Assembly (NCBI GenBank): GCA_033442325.1
Contig: JAWQFM010000015.1
Location: 1,137,614-1,201,613 of the forward strand
Source of the DNA: Salpingoeca rosetta
Taxonomy: Eukaryota; Protista; Choanoflagellata
Direction: 5' to 3'
DNA length: 64,000 nucleotides
Each line of letters opens with the position of its first letter. The first letter of the stretch is position 1. Of this stretch, positions 25,501 to 33,800 are shown piece after piece. The notes beneath the pieces are model-generated. The model worked only from the letters and a program-made list of their open reading frames with translations, was not told the DNA's origin and did no database searches. Both the position numbers and the translations under genes were made by a program.

Positions 25501-28500
25501 CGCACTGCCGCGGCGCCTCCCACTTGGGGTTGCCGCACCGCCGCTCCTTGCACGTCTTGCCCTGCGCAAACGACACCACCTCAACCTGCCCGTCTCCGGT
25601 CTCCAGGGCCTGGCACGCACTGCGCGTCATCTGCTGGCACGAGAACTCTGCGCCCTGGTACGTGCCGTCGTACCCGTATCCGTCCCGGTCGTACCCGGAC
25701 CGGTCCAGCCCTGCGCGGTCTCGCCCAGTGGCGTCGTACTGCTCGTCGGCCAGGTAGCCAAACTGCTGCCCGTCACGGCTGTACGTCTCAGAGTACCCGC
25801 GGATGTTGAACCCGTACCCGTCTCGGCCCCGCGTGTCATATCCACGCTCATCCAGCCCATACGCATCGTAGCTGTTCCGAGTGAACGGTGCATATGTCAG
25901 GGCTCGCAACGAGAAGCCATCCCGTGCATAGCCTGTTCTGTTGTAGCCGTAGCGGTCGTAGCCACTGCGATCGTAGCCATAGCCATAGCCACCGCCGTTG
26001 GTGGGCTCCATGCGCCGGGTGCAGCAGGCGCCAACAGCACAGCGCTGCTCACACGCCTCCCTGCTCTCAAAGTTGTTGCTGTTGCCACCGCATCCACCGT
26101 ACGTAAACTGCTGGCACTGCTGCGTCGGCTTGTCAAAGTACCACCGCCCAATGCTGGCCTTGCACGGTCCAGGAAGCGCAGGCTGCGCACACACTGGCTG
26201 GTACGTGTAGCTCCCGGCATCACACTTCCAGTAGCACGACCAGATGGCTTGGAGCAGAATCTGCGCCCGGCGGGTGGGGACAGTGATGCCATCGTAGCAA
26301 GCCTCGTCGCATGCACCGTTGCGTTGGCGCTGCTTCACCAGCTCGTACAGCGCCTCACGGCATGGGCCGTAGCGCATGCACGCATCAAACTTGTCCTGGC
26401 ACTCTCCAGTGCACCGGTCACGCAGCGAGCAATCAAGTGAGTTCACATCATCGTACGAGTCGTACACGGCGTCGTAGAAGTCGACAGAGCAGCGGCCGCA
26501 GTTGCTCACAACACACACGGCATCCGGATACGCGAGGCAGCGCCGGTCGCTGCACAGGTCGTCAGGGCAGTCCACCTGCGGCACACCGCGCGGGCACACG
26601 CAGCTCGGCTCAACCACGCCGTAGTCACGCAGATCCCACTGCGACGGCGACTGGCCCTCGTGCGAGAAGCACTGGTTGTCCTGCTTGTCTTCGTTGTCGC
26701 GGTGCCACACCTGCACAGTGACGTACACGGTCATGTTGCGCGGCAGCCCATCCGGCACAGCGCAGGTGATGGTGTCGCCATTGCTGCTCACCGCAGCCTC
26801 CGCATAGCACCCGTGCCACGTGCACGACAGCGCGCCAGTTGTCGGATCCTCCACCCAGAACCCGCACGTTGCCCGCGCATGCACGCCATACGATGGATCA
26901 ATGGCCACAGACACATCAACTGTCTCCGCATCCTCCGCCAACCCGCATGCAGGCTCGACTTCAAACACCCGCGGCACATACTGCGGCCGGCACTCCGGCG
27001 CAGGGCACCGAATCTCAAGCACCGCGTAGTCGTACGCCTCCCACTGGGATGGCGACTGGCCCTCGTGCGAGAAGCACTGGTTGTCCTGCTTGTCCTCGTT
27101 GTTGGCGTGCCACACCTGCACGGTGATGCGCACAGGCCCGCTCGCCGGCATGCCGTTTGGCACCTCGCAGGTGATGACGTTCCTGTCCACGTCCACCGTC
27201 GCCGGCGCATAGCACCCGTGCCACGTGCACTGCCACGAGGAGCCGTCGCTCGTCGGCCGCCAGAACGCGCACGTCGCCCGCGCATCATCACCATACGTTG
27301 GGTCAATCCACACGCCAACCTCAACCGTGCTTGCATCCGCGTCCAGCCCACACCCGGGGTTCACCCGGTACACGCGCGGAACCGTGTCGTGCGCGCACAC
27401 GGGCGCAGGGCAGTTGACAAGAAACACTCCGGAATCATACTCGCTCCAGTGGTACGATGACTGGCCCTCGTGCGAGAAGCACTGGTTGTCCTGCTTGTTG
27501 GCGTTGTCCTTGTGCCTCACCTGCACCGTTACCCGAACAAGCTCGTTGAGCTTCAGCCCCTCGCGCAGCGTGTACATTGATTGTGTCGTCAGCCGCATTC
27601 ACCGTCGCTGCTGCGTAGCACCCTTGCCACGTGCAATACAGCCTGTTGTTCGTTCTGGCATCAGAACGCACACGTTGCCCGTGCATCTGCGCCGTATGTC
27701 GGGTCGATTGCAACAGACACGTTCACCGTCTGCGCGCCTTCCTCCAGCCCGCACGCAGGCTCAATGCCGTACACGCGCGGCACATACGCATCCGTGCACT
27801 CTGGACCAGGGCAGTTGACCGAGAACACGCCAAAGTCAAAGCCGCCCCACGAGTACGACGACTGGCCCTCGTGCGAGAAGCACTCGTTGCGCTGCTTGTT
27901 GGCAGTGTTGTCCTTGTGCCACACCTGCACCGTCACGTGCACCTCCTCGTTCGGTGGCAGGCCATCTGGCAGCGTGCATGTGATCACCGTGCCGGCCGCG
28001 TTGACGCTGGCCGCTGCGTAGCACCCATGCCACGTGCACGACAGGCGTCCAGTAGCATCAGGCAGCCAGAAGGCGCACGTTGCCCGCGCGTCATCGCCGT
28101 ATGTCGGGTCAATGGCAACAGAGACGTCGATGGTGGTGGCGTCCTGTGCCAGGTCGCACTCGGGATCAATGCCGTACACGCGCGGCACGTACTCGTCTGT
28201 GCACTGCGGAACAGGGCACTTGGCCGTGAACTTGCCATAGTCGTAGTCGCTCCACAGGTACGACGACTGGCCCTCGTGCGAGAAGCACTGGTTGCGCTGC
28301 TTGTCTGCGTTGTCCTTGTGCCACACCTGCACCGTCACGAAGATGGACACGTCCTCGGGCACGCTTGGCGGCAGCGTGCACATGATCGTGTCGCCTGCGG
28401 CGTCGACTGTTGCCGCTGCATAGCACCCGTGCCACGTGCACGACAGGCGACCATCGGCATTGCGAATCCAGAAGGCGCACGTTGCCCGCGCGTCCTCCCC

Positions 28501-30813
28501 GTATGTCGGGTCAATCGACACAGACACGTTCACCGTGCTCGAATCGCCAATGCCACACTCAGGCGACACGTCAAAGATGCGAGGCACCGTTTGCTGCGAG
28601 CAAGGGCTGCCAGGCTGCGTGCACGTGTCGCGTTTGGTCAGCAGCGCGTAGTTGTACGTTGAGCAGAACGGGGAGACGAGGTTCTGGGCGATGGACGGGT
28701 ACAGTGTTACACGCAGCTTGACCTCGGCGCCATCGGCAAGAATGTCCCACACGTCAGGCAGCTCGCACGTCACGCTCACAAAGCCGTCACGGCTGGAAGG
28801 CGCCACCCATCCAAGCGTCATGCATCCGCTGGGTCCACACACGCCGTCTGTGTCATAGAAATGGCAGTACGCGCGCAGCACGCGGTCGGTTGCCTTCCAC
28901 TGGCTGCCCACATTCACCGTCACCGTGTCCGTGCTCTCCACGCACTGCTGCTTCTCAAAGATGAACGGCTGCTCCGCCGGTGAGCACTCCTCGTGGCAGT
29001 CAAGCAGGCAGCTCGAAGCCTTGAACAGGAGGCTAGCGAATGTGTATCCGGCCACGTAAGATGAACAGCTTGCATAGCATGTGCTGTCGCACGTCGTGTC
29101 AACGTGGGCATTGTAGAGGCAGTCAAGGGCCTGCTTGCACGCATCATTGCGATTGCACCCTGAATCTGAGCGCGACACACATCTGCGTCACAAGTTGCCG
29201 TGCTGGGCGCAGATGTGCACTGCTCCTGCCACTGGCATCCGTTGAAGGTGCACGAGTCTGAAGAGGTGTAACGCGTGCAGGGGTTGCTGCGTCGGTTCAC
29301 GTTGCACTTCTCCACGCTGCTGTCCCAGTAGCAGAACGAAGATCCATACTGCACACACGCCGACTGGGACAAGAAGCCGCTGCATCGCTCCTCGGGCGCA
29401 GCGCACCGCTGCTCCCACTCGCACTCCGAGCTTGTACTGCACTCGTCCTTTGTCGGATACGTCGTTCGGCACTCCACCTCCCCAAGACACGTCTTGGTGC
29501 ACGACACTGCGCGATCCAGCAGCCGGGCAGCGCCCACACTCAGGTCCGCGTACGCGTCGTTGAAGCACGCGGCATCACACGTGCCGTTCTCGTAGCGCGC
29601 ACCAATAAACTCCCACGCCGCGCGGCAGTCTGCACGCTCGGTGCACGGCTTGATGACAGATGCGCACCTCTCCTCCATGCACACTTTGGTGGGGTCCTCG
29701 GGCGGCACAGGCTCGTCGTACTCGCACTCCTTGCGCCACTCACAGGACGATGACGAAGCCCGGCACAACGTCGCATCCTGCAAATCAGGCAAAGCAGAGG
29801 GGACGTGTACACGTGTGAGCATGCAAGGCTTGCATAAATGCGGAGCGACAATGACAATGGCAGCAAGTCCACACAAACTGGCAAACACACAAATGGCTGG
29901 CAGACAAGCAAGAACAGCACAAAAGACAAGACAATGTCACCATACCTGGTAGCTCAAGCATTCATGACGTTGGAGGTAGCACCAGTAGTTGTCTTCATCC
30001 CAGCTGCAGCGGCGATCAGATAAGCATGCGAGCTTCGTTTCTGCCCAGCAAAGCGTGTCGTCCTTTGGTGCACAGTATTGGTTCCTGCTGCAAAGATGAT
30101 TGGCCTGGCACATTTCCTCGTTGCTCACGGCGCAGACAGGTGCAAAGTAGCAGCGCTTCTCGCACTTTGCCACCTCCATGAATGCAGCATGCTCCTCTGC
30201 AGTTCGCGACACCTGGTCCATGCACTCGTTCAAGCAGACGTCTGGGTCTGTGCACTCGCCTTGCTGGGATGGGCGAAGTGCGCATTCGTATGTTGCTCTG
30301 CAGCCTCCAGTGCACTTGCTCAGCGCGTCTCGGCACACCATGCGCTCGCAATACGTGCTGCCGTAATCGTCAAACTCGTGCTCAATAACCGAACGGAGGC
30401 ACATCTCCTGCCATTGGCATTCGTCACGGCCATTGCACCTGCGCTTGTCCTGTTGTTGAACAGAAGAGAACGAGGGTACAAACAAGAGCGCACAGAGAGG
30501 CGGTAACGTAAGTGGCCAAGCTGAAACTAGGAGCGCAAACATGTGTAAAACGGAACGCTACCCAAGTTCAAACAGCTACAATGACTCCAAGTGTACGCGA
30601 CCAACCTGATATTGGAAACACGGATGCTGAGCGAGGAAGCAGCCTGCAGCGTCCCACTGGCAGCCGTCTTCAGCCTCGCATGCTGTCATGTTGCTGTGCT
30701 GGCAGCGCGCAGTAGTGGGGCGGCATTGCTCAACGAGAGCACATGATGTCTGTGCAGCACACGCATGCTTTTCACCACTGTACTGTTCGCAGAAGTCATC
30801 CAAGTTGGTTGTG

Positions 30814-30869
<56 letters not shown>

Positions 30870-32300
30870 GGATGTGGACGTGGAGCTTGATGATGAAGAG
30901 GAGCTTGTTGACGTCGACGTGGAAGTGCTTGTGGATGTGTCTGTGACTTTCACTGTTGTGGTGGTGGCGTTGAGATCAGTCGTGGTTGTGGGAATGATGG
31001 TTGTTGCGTTGAGCTCGGTCGTGGTTGTGGCCTCTGTTGTCGTTGTCGTGGGAATGATGGTTGTTTCGTTGAGCTCGGTCGTGGTTGTGGCCTCTGCTGT
31101 GGTTGTCGTGGGAATGATGGTGGTGGCGTTGAGCTCAGTCGTGGTTGTGGCCTCTGCTGTCGTTGTCGTGGGAATGATGGTTGTTTCGTTGAGCTCGGTC
31201 GTGGTTGTGGCCTCTGCTGTGGTTGTCGTGGGAATGATGGTGGTGGCGTTGAGCTCAGTCGTGGTTGTGGCCTCTGCTGTCGTTGTCGTGGGAATGATGG
31301 TTGTTTCGTTGAGTTCGGTCGTGGTTGTGGCCTCCGCTATTGTGGTGGCATTGAGCTCGGTCGTGGTCGTTGTGGGAATGATGGTGGTGGCGTTGGGCTC
31401 GGTCGTGGTTGTGGCCTCCGCTGTTGTGGTGGCATTGAGCTCAGTGGTGGTCGTTGTGGGAATGATGGTTGTTGCGTTGAGCTCGGTCGTGGTTGTGGCC
31501 TCCGCTGTTGTGGTGGCATTGAGCTCAGTGGTGGTCGTTGTGGGAATGATGGTGGTCGCGTTGAGCTCGGTCGTGGTTGTGGCCTCCGCTGTTGTGGTGG
31601 CATTGAGCTCAGTGGTGGTCGTTGTGGGAATGATGGTTGTTGCGTTGAGCTCGGTCGTGGTTGTGGCCTCCGCTGTTGTGGTGGCATGGAGCTCAGTGGT
31701 GGTCGTTGTGGGAATGATGGTTGTTGCGTTGAGCTCGGTCGTGGTTGTGACCTCCGCTGTTGTGGTGGCATTGAGCTCAGTGGTGGTCGTTGTGGGAATG
31801 ATGGTTGTTGCGTTAAGCTCGGTCGTTGTTGTGGGAATGATGGTGGTGGCGTTGAGCTCAGTCGTAGTGGCCTCCGCTGTTGTGGTGGCGTTGAGCTCAG
31901 TCGTAGTGGTTCTCCAAGAGGTAGTTGACATCGAGGTGCTTGTTGAAGTACTGGTTGATGTGCTTGTTGACGTATATGTACTTGTCGAAGTCGAAGTTGA
32001 TGTGGAAGTGGACGTCGCACTTGTGGTCGACGTACTGGTTGATGTGGACGTGGATGTGGACGTGGATGTGGACGTGGATGTGGACGTGGATGTGGACGTG
32101 GATGTGGATGTAAAGTTCAGGATGCCACTGCTGTCCGAGGTTGTAGATGTGGAGGTGTTTGGAAACGTCGTGGACACATTCGGAAACGTCGTTGTCGTCG
32201 TGGTTGTAACCGTTGGAAAGGTCGGTGATTGGGCGACAGGGCCCTTGGCGAGGCAGAGCACCACCGCCACGGCTGCAAAGGCTATCGATGGTGCCTTCAT
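22559..32300 (-). CDS. Giant (~3,100 aa) type I membrane protein: mucin stalk, Cys-rich modules, IPT/TIG-like repeats, Kunitz, GYD repeats, VWC-like, tyrosinase, Kazal x2, SEA-like, TM
   Basis: ATG 32300 starts MKAPSIAFAAVAVVLCLAKG (signal). Exons 32300-30606, 30449-29946 and 29777-22559 all have phase-0 GT-AG boundaries. ORF pieces 30576-32876, 29937-30542, 28920-29888, 27661-29178 and 22559-27598 join after correcting small indels near 29160 and 27590-27661, positions where the paralogous copy at 1-2497 is intact. Confidence 0.88.
22620..22691 (-). other. Transmembrane helix, followed by a short cytoplasmic tail with YAVV
   Basis: LGGGAIAGILAAIGVTVLLVAIAL followed by HQRAEKKKREQSYAVVSTA*. 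Confidence 0.85.
23505..23742 (-). other. Two Kazal-type domains
   Basis: FVCGVDGQTYDNVCYARSAGVEVAYGGVC and ACGEDGTTYPSVCHARCANVKVVYPGEC fit the Kazal CG.DG.TY...C motif. Confidence 0.88.
24700..25391 (-). other. Tyrosinase (type-3 di-copper) domain
   Basis: RREIRDM start. CuA: ANTH..QAHGNPAFWPWHR. TIPYWDWT. CuB: [33 protein letters not shown]. All six copper-ligand His are present. Confidence 0.95.
26039..26191 (-). other. Kunitz/BPTI protease-inhibitor domain (P1 Lys)
   Basis: CAQPALPGPCKASIGRWYFDKPTQQCQQFTYGGCGGNSNNFESREACEQRC has all six Cys and the FTYGGCGGN.NNF signature. Confidence 0.95.
26600..28965 (-). repeat. Five ~135-aa (~405-bp) IPT/TIG-like tandem domains plus one divergent copy
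   Basis: The CFSHEGQS-coding motif recurs at ~26649, 27054, 27459, 27860 and 28265. Each unit reads VPRV..I.P.CG..V.V.IDPTYG.DARATCAFW..CTWHGCY..ITC.LP..VTVQVWH. Confidence 0.85.
30805..32215 (-). repeat. Mucin-like Thr/Ser minisatellite (ELNATTIIPTTTT/ELNATTTAEATTTT; 60- and 84-bp units) with (ST)n and poly-T
   Basis: 60-bp periodicity at 30961-31320 and 84-bp periodicity at ~31350-31800. About 20 N-x-T sequons. Confidence 0.92.
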
Positions 32301-33373
32301 GGCTGCGCGTTGCACGCGGCGCCACCAGATGCTCCAGACAACACCAAAATGGAGTGATTGGGAGTGGCAATTGCCTGCAGCACCCCCAACCCACAAAACG
32401 CAGCACAAGTTCGAGAGTGAGTTGGTGAGTGAGCCAGTCAGCCAGTCAGTAACGAGAGTGGATTGTAGGTGAGCTCGCGTGTGAGCACGTCGGCACGTGT
32501 CAATGAACGTCGAGGTGAACAAACACAAAGCGCACCACCTCAAATCGTGCACACCCACAGACGCACACACAGACGCACACACATACACAGACGCACACAG
32601 ACACGTGCACTCACACATGTTCACGTGCGCACCCATACGCGCACACTCATTGAGCAAGTCAGGAGGCGCGGACCTTGTATGAGGGAGGGGTGTGCAGATC
32701 AAGTTCAGTCCACAGGATCTTGGGTGCGGGTCGAGGGTTGGAAAAAAAATGGCTATGCCATGCCATGCGTTGACCACTTGTATCGCCGTGTCGGTGCAGG
32801 TGGCTGCAGTGGTAGGCCACGCGTTGTACCTGGATTGTTCGTTGGACGGCAGCTTCACTGGTGTCAGCGGCCGCAATGGGCCATTGTTGTTGTCGCGTGG
32901 ACTGGGTGACTCGCGAAGTTATTTTTTGAATGGCGCTCCTCACTGGTTGCTGGTGGCTGAGCTGAGCGGCGCCAGTGCTCGTGCGTGATCGGCAACCATT
33001 CTCACCCGAGCCAACACATTGTTACCCACCCGATCAATGATCATCGTTTGTTTGTGGAACAGTGTTGAAGTGACGACAGCAAAGATGCGGCAGCAAGCGT
33101 CCATTTTTTGTCGCACTTGGACGGTGAACTGGATGCCTGCGTGTTTCGGTGATGCAGCACACAACGTGATGTGAGTTGCGCCTGCTCCTTCCCATCCACC
33201 AGCATCATCAATCACAAGCATAACCAGCGGTAGCACCGCCAGCAGCGCCATCACCACCAACCATTTCCCTTCCACACAACACGACACGACACTGCACGCA
33301 CCTTTGATGTTTGTTGTGGTGGTGTTTTGGCTTTCCCGCCAAAACACGGCCTGGCAGAGTGGCGACTGAATTC

Positions 33374-33735
33374 TGTCAGCGGAAATTCCCGATGACATGT
33401 TTGTGTGTATGAGTGAGTGTGAACGAATGCGTTGTCTTGACGTGTGGGAACACCATGATTTCACCATGGTCTGACTTTGTGAAAGACCCTCTTTGTTTGT
33501 CCCTCTATCAGGTGATCTCCTGATACACAATGTGTGAATGTACACGTGTCACTTTAATAGTGTATACGTGTACCCTCTTCCTCTATCATATGCGTGATAT
33601 GTACTGCATGGTGTTCATTCTCTTCTGTCCCCGATTCCAACGACACCACTGCGTGGGTTGTCTACCAAGGTTTACTTCAGCTGTGAAAGCTCTCAATACA
33701 AGTCTCAGGGAAAACGCTGAGGAACAATCTTGTCA
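33374..33735 (+). repeat. 5' LTR (362 bp)
   Basis: TGTCAGCGGAAATTCCC...GAACAATCTTGTCA; appears identical to the 3' LTR. Confidence 0.97.
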
Positions 33736-33746
33736 GATTATGAGAC
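33736..33746 (+). promoter_or_regulatory. Primer binding site, complementary to a tRNA-Met anticodon arm (half-tRNA priming)
   Basis: GATTATGAGAC directly follows the LTR. Its reverse complement GTCTCATAATC is the anticodon stem-loop sequence of eukaryotic elongator tRNA-Met. There is no TGG (CCA-end) PBS. Confidence 0.7.
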
Positions 33747-33800
33747 CTGGCGGCGACACCAACTGCGAGCAACACGAAGACGCCGAGACAGAACGACAAC

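Noticed and set aside
23840-26440. 866-aa plus-strand ORF and similar antisense ORFs (16-774, 784-1956, 26660-27460, 27631-28662, 30688-32472, 50132-50998)
   Set aside because: Shadows of GC-rich or repetitive minus-strand coding sequence with no recognisable motifs.
27515-27665. Frameshifts suggesting the giant gene is a pseudogene (also the 1-bp deletion near 29160)
   Set aside because: The differences cluster in short patches, the paralog copy is intact at the same positions, and the rest of the ~9 kb is open. This looks like low-quality base calls; raw reads are needed to confirm.
30961-31900. CRISPR-like periodic array
   Set aside because: An in-frame coding minisatellite with no unique spacers, in a eukaryotic context.
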